Source of the DNA: Archangiaceae bacterium
GTDB lineage: Bacteria > Myxococcota > Myxococcia > Myxococcales > Myxococcaceae
Direction of reading: 5' to 3'
Length of the DNA: 17,949 nt
Assembly (NCBI GenBank): GCA_043750125.1
Contig: JAYVCD010000319.1
Span: 1-17,949, forward strand
Under the pieces are notes generated by a model. It did not search any database, was not told the DNA's origin, and saw nothing but the letters and a program-made list of their open reading frames with translations. Positions 1-8,190 of this stretch are shown one piece after another (position 1 is the first letter of the stretch; the number at the start of each line of letters is the position of its first letter). The position numbers and the translations under genes are program-made.

Positions 1-121
1 GTCGTTTGATCCCCCGGGGATCCCGAGCCAGCGCTTTGACCTCGTGACCGAGATCCAGAGCACGCGCGATCAGAAGATCGCCCAGCTTTCCGCTCGCACC
101 CAGAATCGCCATTCGGGCCAT
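1..121 (-). CDS. NAD(P)-binding Rossmann-fold oxidoreductase (atypical SDR/NmrA/BVR-B-like), 5' part only, runs off the window edge
   Basis: Not in the ORF track. Manual translation from ATG at 121 gives MARMAILGASGKLGDLLIARALDLGHEVKALARDPRGIKR, with a GASGxxG dinucleotide-binding motif and the typical GHEVxALxRxP strand. Confidence 0.85.
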   Translation of the reverse strand, partial: MARMAILGASGKLGDLLIARALDLGHEVKALARDPRGIKR

Positions 122-164
122 GTTCCACTGAACCTACCACGTGGGCGGCTGGGCCCTTTCCTGC

Positions 165-1853
165 TCACGCCTCGTCTTTCTTTCGGGCCCGGGTCAAGCC
201 GTACTGCGACAAACGGGTGACCAGGGTGCGACGCGAGACGCCCAGCAGCTCTGCGGCACGGGTCTGATTGCCCTCGCATTTTTCGAGGGCCTCGAGGACG
301 ACCCGCTTCTCGGTGGCCTCGCGCTCGTCGCGCAAGTTGCTGCCTGAGGAAGCGGTCGGGGCAGCCGCGGAAGTGACCGCGCCCGATTTTCCGAGCGCGA
401 GCGCGGCCGCGTTGATGGGCCCTTCACCACACAGCAACTCGGCGCGGATGATCACGTTGCGAAGCTCGCGAATGTTTCCGGGCCACGGCCAGGCCTTCAA
501 GGCGCTGAGCGCTTCGGCGAGAAATTCCGGCACCGGTCGTCCGTCACGGGCGGCGGACTCTGCAGCGAAGGCACGGGCGAGGGGCTCGATCTCAGCCACG
601 CGGTCGCGCAGCGGAGGGATCAGGACCGAGATTCCATTGACCCGAAAATAGAGGTCGGCCCGAAAGGCTCCGCGGGCGACTTCGGCTTCGAGGTCCCGGT
701 TGGTGGCGAAGACAAAGCGCACGTCGATGGGCTCGCTCTTCAAGCCCCCCACCCGCATCACCGCGCGGTCCTCGAGCACCCGAAGCAGCTTGGCCTGAAT
801 CGCGGGAGAGATTTCCCCGATCTCATCGAGCAGCACGGTGCCGCCTTTGGCCGTCTCGAGCAGCCCCGGCTTGGTCTTGATCGCACCGGTGAAGCTGCCT
901 TTCTCGTGACCGAACAGCTCGCTTTCGAGCAACGATTCGCTGAGCGTGGTGCAGTTGAGCTTCACGAACGGCCCGGCGGCGCGCTTGCTGCGGCGATGGA
1001 CTTCGGCCGAGAGCACTTCCTTTCCGCTGCCCGTCTCGCCCAGCAGAAGCACGTTGATCGTGCTGGGCGCGATCCGGTCGAGCAGTCGATAGATCGCGGC
1101 CATCGCATCATCGCGAACCACGAAGCCGGGAGCCGGTGCGGCGGCCGGTCTGACACAGGCGGCGAGCAGCTCGTCGGCGGTCGAGCCATCGCGGGGCGCG
1201 GCCGCTGAGCCTGCGCGGACCCGAGCCCCGGCAGCGACCAACTTCGCCGAAACCTTCTCGAGCAGTTGCTGGCCCTCGTCGCCCGATTTGCCCGGGACCA
1301 GCACCTCGAACTGCCCGGGGCCGAAGCTTGCGACCACGTCGGTCGCGGCGAGCTCGGCTGACAGCACGTCCTGGGCAATTCCCGGTGCGGCCACGACTTG
1401 AATTCGAAACAGCGCGAACGGGGGACTGGCCCGGCCGATCGCCTCGATGAAGTGGGCATGGGTAATCAGCGTCCAGGGCCGGCTGCGATCAGACAGCTCG
1501 TCGTGCTGCAAGACCACCAGGGTCTTGCCCAGCTCGATGGTGTCGCCGGCGCTGAGGGTCACGGTCTCGTTTGCCGCCAGCCTTCGCCCGCGGACGACGG
1601 TGCCGTTCGCTCCTCCGAGGTCTTGAACGGTGACCTGCTCTGAGAGGTGAAGGGTGGCGTGCCGCCGCGAAGCCGAGATGTCGTCGAGGCGAATGTCTGC
1701 GGCGTCATCGCGCCCGAGAGTGACCGAGCCGGTCTTGGGCAGTGCGTGAGACGAGCTGCCCTCTTCTGACACGACGACCAGTCGCCACCGATTGGGACGC
1801 AAGGAGACGGACTTGCTCTGAAGGCGTTCGGTCGGAAGCTGCGAGCGCGACAT
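165..1853 (-). CDS. Sigma54-dependent enhancer-binding protein: FHA, degenerate GGDEF-like domain, AAA+ and Fis-type HTH (~562 aa)
   Basis: FHA motifs (LGR, SRRHA, DLGGANGT); Walker A GETGSGKE; ESELFGHEKGSFTGA; Walker B LLDEIGE; FRADLYFRVN; WPGNIRELRN; C-terminal GNQTRAAELLGVSRRTL. ATG at 1853 preferred over TTG at 1862. Confidence 0.93.
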   Translation of the reverse strand: MSRSQLPTERLQSKSVSLRPNRWRLVVVSEEGSSSHALPKTGSVTLGRDDAADIRLDDISASRRHATLHLSEQVTVQDLGGANGTVVRGRRLAANETVTLSAGDTIELGKTLVVLQHDELSDRSRPWTLITHAHFIEAIGRASPPFALFRIQVVAAPGIAQDVLSAELAATDVVASFGPGQFEVLVPGKSGDEGQQLLEKVSAKLVAAGARVRAGSAAAPRDGSTADELLAACVRPAAAPAPGFVVRDDAMAAIYRLLDRIAPSTINVLLLGETGSGKEVLSAEVHRRSKRAAGPFVKLNCTTLSESLLESELFGHEKGSFTGAIKTKPGLLETAKGGTVLLDEIGEISPAIQAKLLRVLEDRAVMRVGGLKSEPIDVRFVFATNRDLEAEVARGAFRADLYFRVNGISVLIPPLRDRVAEIEPLARAFAAESAARDGRPVPEFLAEALSALKAWPWPGNIRELRNVIIRAELLCGEGPINAAALALGKSGAVTSAAAPTASSGSNLRDEREATEKRVVLEALEKCEGNQTRAAELLGVSRRTLVTRLSQYGLTRARKKDEA

Positions 1854-1894
1854 GACGGCCAACCTAGCCCGGATCGATCACCAGAAGAGGCAGC

Positions 1895-3412
1895 TCACGG
1901 CAGGGGTTGCTTCGTTTCCAGAGAACGTCGCAGCGCATCGGCAAAAGCCTCATCGGTCCACGGACGGAACAACTGCGCCGAGGCATTGAGCAAGATGCCG
2001 ACCAGGAACTCGGTGGTGTTGTCCACCGGCGACAGCAGCACGACCTTGAAGTCCGGCCGCTGGGCCTGCATTGCGGCGATGCGCAGCTTGGCTGCGTCGG
2101 TGAGGCTCGCGCTGTCGACCACCAGCGCGTGGGGAGCCGGCACCTCGTCGAGCGCAGCGATCACATTCTGGCGAACCAGGGCAGTGAGCTTTCGCGCGTC
2201 GATCAGCCGCGCGAGCCGAACGCGATCAGCCGGGTCCGGCTCGATCACGACGATTCGGTTGATCACTCCCGGGGCTTCGCCTCCCGCCAGGCGCTGCAGC
2301 AGCGTGTTGCGGGCGACACGGCGCAGCACCAGTTGCTCGATCAGGGTGGCCAGGTCGGCAGTGTCGAAGGGCTTGGTGACGTACGCGTCGGCGCCGAGGT
2401 GATGCATCTCTTTGGCGGACTCGCGCGACGAGTAGCCGGTCATCATCACCAGAACTACGTCCTGGCTCTGGGCTCGAACGGCACGGGCCACCTCGACGCC
2501 ACTTTTTCCGGGAAGATTTTTGTCGGTCACGACTGCATCGAATGTCGCGCTCCCGATCATCATCAGCGCCTCTTCCGCCGAAGCGGCTGAGACCACGTGG
2601 TAGCCGTACCCCTGCAAGCCGCGGGTGAGAATGGTGCGAATCGCAACGTCGTCCTCGACGAGAAGAATCCGGCGTGACGCGGGGGCGGGGGCGGGGGCGG
2701 GCTTTTCGGCTGCAGGCTGAACCCCCAGCGTGATGCGCAGCTCGGTCTTTGCCCAGGGCAATCGGCCGGGATCTCTGGCGTCGACGATCATCACTTCGCC
2801 GCCGACCGATTCCATCATCCGCCGGGCGATGGCCAGCCCAAGCCCACTGCCCTTCTCGCGCGGTTTGGTGGTGAAGCGCGGTTCGAAGACGCGCTCGGCG
2901 GCCTCGGGCGTGATTCCCGAGCCCTCGTCGCTGACCCGAACGTCGACCCGCCCGTCGCCCCGGACGTTGGTCATCACCCGCACCCCAAGCCGGCCCGTGC
3001 TGCCCAGATCCTCGAGCGCGTCGAGGGCATTGTGGACCACGTTGATCAGCGCATGAAGCAACGTGCTGGGAGTCCCAAAGGCGAAGACTTTTTCCGACAG
3101 CGGCGCTGCGGTGAACTGCTTGCCCAGCTTCTGAAGCCGCAACATGCACAGGTCGATCGCCTGCGCGACGATCGGGCCGACCTCGAAGCGGGTCGGAGGA
3201 TCCTGGTCGGGCGACAGCAGCAGTTGGTACGACGCGAGCAGATCTTCGAGCCGCTTGACCTGGCCCAGCACCATCGGCCACTCGGCCTGCCGAATCAGCT
3301 CTTCGCCCATCGCCTTTTGAACCAGCTGCAGTCCGAGCTTGATCCCCATCAGGGGGTGGCGGATCTCGTGGATCAGACCCGCAGCAAGCAGGTCGGTCGT
3401 GTCATTGGCCAT
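1895..3412 (-). CDS. Cytoplasmic hybrid histidine kinase: HisKA, HATPase, REC and a degenerate second REC
   Basis: H-box HEIRHPL; N-box NVVHNALDA; G1 DEGSGI; F-box FEPRFTTK; G2 GSGLGL; receiver ILLVEDD...VVTDKNLPG...MMTG...YVTKPF; second receiver-like domain IVVIEPD...LVVD...LFRPW. Confidence 0.92.
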   Translation of the reverse strand: MANDTTDLLAAGLIHEIRHPLMGIKLGLQLVQKAMGEELIRQAEWPMVLGQVKRLEDLLASYQLLLSPDQDPPTRFEVGPIVAQAIDLCMLRLQKLGKQFTAAPLSEKVFAFGTPSTLLHALINVVHNALDALEDLGSTGRLGVRVMTNVRGDGRVDVRVSDEGSGITPEAAERVFEPRFTTKPREKGSGLGLAIARRMMESVGGEVMIVDARDPGRLPWAKTELRITLGVQPAAEKPAPAPAPASRRILLVEDDVAIRTILTRGLQGYGYHVVSAASAEEALMMIGSATFDAVVTDKNLPGKSGVEVARAVRAQSQDVVLVMMTGYSSRESAKEMHHLGADAYVTKPFDTADLATLIEQLVLRRVARNTLLQRLAGGEAPGVINRIVVIEPDPADRVRLARLIDARKLTALVRQNVIAALDEVPAPHALVVDSASLTDAAKLRIAAMQAQRPDFKVVLLSPVDNTTEFLVGILLNASAQLFRPWTDEAFADALRRSLETKQPLP

Positions 3413-3424
3413 GGAATCCCCAGC

Positions 3425-4162
3425 CTAGAGCGCTTCGAGCAATTCTTGGACGACTGCGTTCACGGTTCGACTCGACGTGACGCATTGGCGGCGGGCCTTG
3501 GAGTACAGCGGCTCGCGTTCCTTCAACCGCCGCTTGAGCTCGCTCATCGCGTGGGGCCGGTTCTGCATCGGCCGCAGGTCTCCCTGCTTCACCACCCGGG
3601 TCCAGTGTTCTTCGGGGGTCGCCTTGAGCCACACCGTCTGGGTGCGGGCCAACAACAAATTGAAGGCCTGAGGAGAAGTCACCAGTCCTCCGCCGGTGGC
3701 GAGAACGCCGCGAGGGTGGGACTCGAGGAACCGGGTGAGCGCGTTGAGCTCGAGCTGGCGAAAGTATTCTTCCCCGTGAATCGAAAACAGCTCGGGCAGC
3801 CTCATTCCTGCTGCGCTCTCGACCATTTGGTCCAGCTCGTAGAACCCGACCCCCAGTCGATCGGCCAGCGCCTTGCCGATGCTGCTCTTCCCGGCGCCGC
3901 GCAGCCCGAGCAAGGCGATGACTCCGGGGGAAGGCGCCTGGGTCGAGGGCTCGAAAAAGCCCACCAGGGGCATTCGCAGCGCCTGCGCCACCTGGGCCAG
4001 ATTGAGCACCGAGATGTTCGCCCTGCCCGCTTCGAGCTCACCCAGGAAACGCTCGGACAGCCCGGCCGCTTTCGCCAGGCCCTTCATCGTCAAGCCCAGC
4101 TGTTGACGGTGGGCCCGCACCTTTCGTCCCACGTCTCGCAGCAGCGGTTCCTCACGCACCAT
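3425..4162 (-). CDS. boxR: BoxR/BzdR-family repressor (XRE HTH plus shikimate-kinase-like benzoyl-CoA sensor)
   Basis: N-terminal HTH (LAKAAGLSERFLGELEAGRANIS) fused to a shikimate-kinase-like domain (LLGLRGAGKSSIG, ATGGG, WLKATPEEH, QGDLRPM); divergent from boxC. Confidence 0.9.
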   Translation of the reverse strand: MVREEPLLRDVGRKVRAHRQQLGLTMKGLAKAAGLSERFLGELEAGRANISVLNLAQVAQALRMPLVGFFEPSTQAPSPGVIALLGLRGAGKSSIGKALADRLGVGFYELDQMVESAAGMRLPELFSIHGEEYFRQLELNALTRFLESHPRGVLATGGGLVTSPQAFNLLLARTQTVWLKATPEEHWTRVVKQGDLRPMQNRPHAMSELKRRLKEREPLYSKARRQCVTSSRTVNAVVQELLEAL

Positions 4163-4165
4163 TTG

Positions 4166-4210
4166 CGCACTATACTGCGTTTATAGCGCCGTCGCACGCA
4201 CTATGTTGCT
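4166..4210. promoter_or_regulatory. Divergent boxR/boxC promoter with two operator-like boxes
   Basis: CGCACTATACTGCG (4166-4179) and CGCACTATGTTGCT (4197-4210), 31 bp apart. They resemble the TGCA-based operators of BzdR/BoxR and overlap -10-like hexamers (TATACT +4171, TATGTT +4202, TATAGT on the minus strand at 4174-4169). Confidence 0.65.
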
Positions 4211-4245
4211 TGCAGGGGAAGGGCCGACTATGCGAGATCGAGTTC

Positions 4246-5913
4246 ATGGCTCACGACAATGTGGTTGAGACGCTGGCGTCCTTCGAGACGGACCCGTCGA
4301 AGTACAAACATTGGAAGCTGCAGTTCGAAGGAGAGGTCGCCCGGCTGTCGATGGACGTGAACGAGAACGCCGGCTTGAGGGCAGACGACTACGTGCTGAA
4401 GCTGAACAGCTACGATCTGGGCGTCGACGTGGAGTTGGCGGACGCGGTGCAACGCATCCGGTTCGAGCACCCGGAAGTGCGGGTGATCGTGGTGACCTCG
4501 CTGAAGGACAAGATCTTCTGCGCGGGGGCGAACATCTTCATGCTGGGCAGCAGCAGCCACCCGTGGAAGGTCAACTTCTGCAAGTTCACCAATGAGACCC
4601 GGCTCTACCTCGAGGACGCATCGGCCCACTCGGGGCTGAAGACGATCGCGGCCTTGAATGGAACTGCGTCGGGCGGCGGCTACGAGTTGGCCCTGGCGTG
4701 CGATGAAATCTTGCTGATCGACGATGGGAATTCCGCGGTTTCCCTGCCCGAAGTTCCGCTGCTCGGAGTGTTGCCCGGCACCGGAGGCCTCACCCGGGTC
4801 GTCGACAAGCGCAAGGTGCGCCGGGACCAGGCGGACTTCTTCAGCACCACCGCCGAAGGAATCAAAGGCAAGCGGGCGGTCGACTGGCGGCTGGTGGACC
4901 AGGTGGTCCCCAAGAGCCGGTTTGCCCAGGCGGTGGCCGAGCGGACAAAAGCGCTCGCGGCCCAAAGCGATCGACCGAAAGATGCGAAGGGTCTGATCTT
5001 GACGGCGCTGCAGCCAAAGCTGAGCGCGACTGCGCTCGAGTACAAGTACGTGACGGTCAAGCTGAACACCTCGCCCCGGGTCGCCGAGTTGACGGTGCGG
5101 GGACCAGACGGGGCGCCTCCTGAGAATGGCGAGGCCCTGCAGGCGCTGGGCTGCGATGCGTGGGCGGTGCGTGCGTTTCGAGAGCTGGACGATGCGCTGC
5201 TGCGACTGAGAATCAACCACCTCGACATCGGAACGCTGGTGATGAAGACCACGGGCGATGCGAAGGCAGTGCTGGCGTGGGACCACTTCATCGCGAGCAA
5301 CGCCTCGAAACATTGGCTGGTGCGCGAAGTGCTTCATTTGCAGAAGCGGGTGCTGAAGCGACTCGATCTGACTGCGAAGACGCTCTACGCGTTCATCGAG
5401 CCCGGCAGCTGCTTTGCTGGCTCTCTGGCCGAGTTGGCGCTCGCCTCGGACCGCAGCTACATGCTCGACGATGCGTCGCGCCCGACGACGATCGCGCTGG
5501 GCCCGTTGAACGCCGGCTCTTTTCCGATGAGCAATGGCCTCTCTCGGCTGGACGCGCGGATGCTCGCGACTCCGGCGCGAGTTAAAGAGATCCTCGCCCA
5601 CTCGGGCCCCTTCAGCCCGGAAGCCGCGCTGGCGGAGGGGTTGGTCACGTTCACTCCAGACGAGCTGGACTGGGAAGACGAGCTGCGGGTGGCGATTGAA
5701 GAGCGGGCGGCGATGTCACCTGACGCGCTGACGGGAATGGAAGCCAACCTGCGCTTCGCGGGCCCCGAGACGATGGAAACCAAGATCTTCGGCCGGCTGA
5801 CCGCCTGGCAGAACTGGATCTTCCAGCGCCCCAATGCGGTGGGCGAGAAGGGCGCTCTCTCTCTGTATGGCCAAGCGGGCGTTCGTCCCACCTTCGACAT
5901 GCGGCGGACTTAG
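4246..5913 (+). CDS. boxC: 2,3-epoxybenzoyl-CoA dihydrolase (benzoyl-CoA-dihydrodiol lyase), tandem crotonase fold, ~555 aa
   Basis: Signature segments YKHWKL, LKLNSYDLGVDVELADAVQRIRFEHPEV, KVNFCKFTNETR, SLPEVPLLGVLPGTGG and ETMETKIFGRLTAWQNWIFQRPNAVG. ATG at 4246 chosen over TTG at 4210. Confidence 0.96.
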   Translation: MAHDNVVETLASFETDPSKYKHWKLQFEGEVARLSMDVNENAGLRADDYVLKLNSYDLGVDVELADAVQRIRFEHPEVRVIVVTSLKDKIFCAGANIFMLGSSSHPWKVNFCKFTNETRLYLEDASAHSGLKTIAALNGTASGGGYELALACDEILLIDDGNSAVSLPEVPLLGVLPGTGGLTRVVDKRKVRRDQADFFSTTAEGIKGKRAVDWRLVDQVVPKSRFAQAVAERTKALAAQSDRPKDAKGLILTALQPKLSATALEYKYVTVKLNTSPRVAELTVRGPDGAPPENGEALQALGCDAWAVRAFRELDDALLRLRINHLDIGTLVMKTTGDAKAVLAWDHFIASNASKHWLVREVLHLQKRVLKRLDLTAKTLYAFIEPGSCFAGSLAELALASDRSYMLDDASRPTTIALGPLNAGSFPMSNGLSRLDARMLATPARVKEILAHSGPFSPEAALAEGLVTFTPDELDWEDELRVAIEERAAMSPDALTGMEANLRFAGPETMETKIFGRLTAWQNWIFQRPNAVGEKGALSLYGQAGVRPTFDMRRT

Positions 5914-5941
5914 AAAACCCTTTTTCAAACTGGAGCCCTCG

Positions 5942-7360
5942 ATGAGCGACATCAACAGCGAAAAGATTCCGAACAACGTGAACCTGGGCTCGGATTTGAA
6001 GCTCCAGCGGGCCCTCGAGCAGTGGCAGCCGAACTTCATCGACTGGTGGAAGACGATGGGGCCCGAAGGGTTTCAGGGCCGCGATGTCTACCTGCGCACG
6101 GCGGTCAGCACCCACGCAGACGGCTGGGCGCACTTCGACTTCGTGAAGATGCCTGAGTACCGCTGGGGGATCTTCCTCTCTGACGCTGTGCCGGATCGAA
6201 AGATTGGCTTTGGCGATCTGATGGGCCAGCCGGTCTGGCAAGACGTTCCGGGCGAGCACCGCAACACGCTGCGGAGGCTGATCGTGACTCAGGGGGACAC
6301 TGAGCCGGCATCGGTCGAGCAGCAGCGCTCTTTGGGCACCACCTGCCCTTCGATGTACGACATGCGAAACCTGTTTCAGGTGAACGTCGAAGAAGGCCGC
6401 CACTTGTGGGCGATGGTCTACCTGCTGCAGCGCTACTTCGGGCGCGACGGTCGCGAGGAAGCCGACGGGCTGCTCGAGCGGCGCAGTGGAAACGTCGACA
6501 AGCCGCGAATTCTCGGAGCGTTCAACGAGCCGATCGACGACTGGCTGAGCTTCTTCATGTTCACGATGTTCACGGATCGCGATGGCAAGTTTCAGCTGCT
6601 GGCGCTGGCAGAGTCGGGCTTTGATCCCCTCTCACGCACGACCCGGTTCATGCTGACCGAGGAAGCGCACCACATGTTCGTCGGTGAGTCCGGCATTCAG
6701 CGCGTCGTGCAGCGCACGGCCGAGCTGATGAAGCTCGACCCCAACGAGGACGCGCGCAAGCAGGGCGGCGTGGATCTGCCGACGATCCAGAAGTATCTGA
6801 ACCTCTGGTATTCGCTGTCGCTCGATCTCTTCGGCTCGGAGATCTCGACGAATGCGGCGAGCTTCTTCGCCTCGGGTCTGAAGGGGCGGGCGAAGGAAGA
6901 GAAGTTCGAAGATCACGTCGCGATGGAAGGCGTGTACCCGATGGAAGTCTGGGACAACGGCGCCTTCCGGCACGAGGAAGTTCCGCTGCGCTCGGCGATG
7001 AACGAGGTGCTGCGCGACGGGTACGTCGAAGACTGTCAGCGCGGAGTGGATCGCTGGAACAAGGTCCTGACCGACCGTGGCATGTCGTTCAAGTTCACCT
7101 TGCCCAACCGAAGGTTCCACCGGCAGCAGGGAATCTTCGCGGGCAGCCACTTCGATTTCGATGGCACGCCGCTGTCGGCCGCGCAGTGGGAAGCGAAAAA
7201 AGACAGCCTTTTGCCTTCGGCTGCTGATCGCACATTCGTGAAGAGCCTGCAGAACACGGCGGTGACCGAGCCTGGAAAAATGGCGAACTGGGTCGCCGCG
7301 CCGCCTCGAGGAATCAACAGCAAGCCGCTGGAATTCGAGTACGTCCGAGCGGACCTCTAA
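5942..7360 (+). CDS. boxB: Benzoyl-CoA 2,3-epoxidase diiron subunit, ~472 aa
   Basis: KIPNNVNL, VYLRTAVS, QGDTEPASVEQQ, diiron ligand motifs VNVEEGRH, FTDRDGKFQL and MLTEEAHH, and C-terminal FEYVR. GGAG RBS precedes ATG 5942. Confidence 0.97.
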   Translation: MSDINSEKIPNNVNLGSDLKLQRALEQWQPNFIDWWKTMGPEGFQGRDVYLRTAVSTHADGWAHFDFVKMPEYRWGIFLSDAVPDRKIGFGDLMGQPVWQDVPGEHRNTLRRLIVTQGDTEPASVEQQRSLGTTCPSMYDMRNLFQVNVEEGRHLWAMVYLLQRYFGRDGREEADGLLERRSGNVDKPRILGAFNEPIDDWLSFFMFTMFTDRDGKFQLLALAESGFDPLSRTTRFMLTEEAHHMFVGESGIQRVVQRTAELMKLDPNEDARKQGGVDLPTIQKYLNLWYSLSLDLFGSEISTNAASFFASGLKGRAKEEKFEDHVAMEGVYPMEVWDNGAFRHEEVPLRSAMNEVLRDGYVEDCQRGVDRWNKVLTDRGMSFKFTLPNRRFHRQQGIFAGSHFDFDGTPLSAAQWEAKKDSLLPSAADRTFVKSLQNTAVTEPGKMANWVAAPPRGINSKPLEFEYVRADL

Positions 7361-7385
7361 AGCGCCGGTAAGGGTGACGGCGGCT

Positions 7386-7582
7386 GAAAAATGGGAGCGG
7401 GGGCGCGACCGTGTCCCGCTCACCACACCCTGCTGTGGTGAAAGGGCCAAGGTCGCTCTCGAACGCAAGGAGTGATCGCGCGGGCCCTGATTGACCTGGA
7501 CCAGTGGCTTTAGATCGACGCCGACCGTTGCAAGGGCGACGAGAGGGAACCCCCTGTTCCCGCCAATGCCCAACGAGCATCC
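7386..7582. ncRNA. Candidate structured non-coding RNA or element, family unidentified
   Basis: No credible CDS here. At least five local hairpins, plus an alternative rod-like fold closed by 7393-7403/7551-7561. On the minus strand a hairpin is followed by CCATTTTT ending near 7386. Confidence 0.45.
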
Positions 7583-7649
7583 GAACCTATACCGTGGCCG
7601 GCATTACTCGGTCGTGCGGCGAGGTTGCGCAACGACTGCGCGGGGGCGG

Positions 7650-7961
7650 GAGAACGAGGCCGAGAAGTCGAAGCCGCACCCGGACATCTTCGAAGTGGCG
7701 CTGAAGAAGCTGGAAGACCCGGTGCCAAAGAGCTGCGTGGTGATCGGCGACACGCCCTACGACGTGACGGCTGCAAAAAAAGCGCACCTGCGAACGGTGG
7801 GGTTGCTCTCGGGCGGGTTTCCAGAGAGCGCGTTGCGGGAAGCAGGAGCGGTGGCGATCTACGCCGACGCGCAAGCGCTGCTCGAGGCCTACCAGCGATC
7901 CGGAGATTCCGCGTTGGACGCTGCGCCTACGTACCGGGGTGTCGGTAGCGCAGCCCCTTGA
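7650..7961 (+). pseudogene. C-terminal fragment of a HAD-superfamily hydrolase (phosphoglycolate-phosphatase-like)
   Basis: Motif III (SKPHPDIF) and motif IV (VIGDTPYD...AAKKA...VGLLSGG) are present. No motif I DxD, motif II or cap domain is found upstream, and the upstream in-frame translation is not HAD-like. Confidence 0.75.
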
Positions 7962-8172
7962 CCAGGTAGCTGACACAAAAGATTACGCAGAGGGCGACGA
8001 CGGCGAGGTTGAAGTTGTCGCGAAAGCCCTGGTTGAGCCGGTAGACGGCGACGATCGCAAACGCTGCGGCCATGACGAAGTGGCGGACGGCTCCGGGGAC
8101 CTGACGGATCTGTCCAATCACCATCGCCACCCCGATCACGCACAGCGCCACGAAGTCGATACCCACATTCAT
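7927..8172 (-). CDS. Small membrane protein (81 aa, about 3 TM segments), function unknown
   Basis: Three hydrophobic stretches; ATG preceded by GAGGA on the minus strand; starts 18 bp downstream of the flippase-like gene. Confidence 0.7.
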   Translation of the reverse strand: MNVGIDFVALCVIGVAMVIGQIRQVPGAVRHFVMAAAFAIVAVYRLNQGFRDNFNLAVVALCVIFCVSYLVKGLRYRHPGT

Positions 8173-8190
8173 CGAAGGTCAGTCCTCATT

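Noticed and set aside
2681-2701. (GGGGGC)3GGG run, a potential G-quadruplex or contingency repeat
   Set aside because: It encodes the PAPAPA linker between kinase and receiver domains; the 6-bp unit keeps frame, and nothing supports a further role.
3425-3900. Stand-alone shikimate kinase aroK
   Set aside because: It is fused to an XRE HTH and divergent from boxC, which is the BzdR/BoxR architecture.
4195-4210. Sigma54 -24/-12 promoter for boxC (GCAC...TTGCT), tempting because of the nearby activator
   Set aside because: The invariant GG at -24 is absent (AC at 4196-4197). The sequence is better explained as a BoxR-type box.
4228-5601. 457-aa antisense ORF over boxC (also 11491..12801, 13687..15438, 3032..4186, 6632..7573, 9128..9991 and similar)
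   Set aside because: Shadow ORFs expected from GC-rich codon bias. They have no recognisable motifs and lie opposite well-supported genes.
7386-7582. Retron msr-msd, CRISPR array or tRNA
   Set aside because: No reverse transcriptase or cas gene nearby, no repeat-spacer periodicity and no cloverleaf or T-loop motif.
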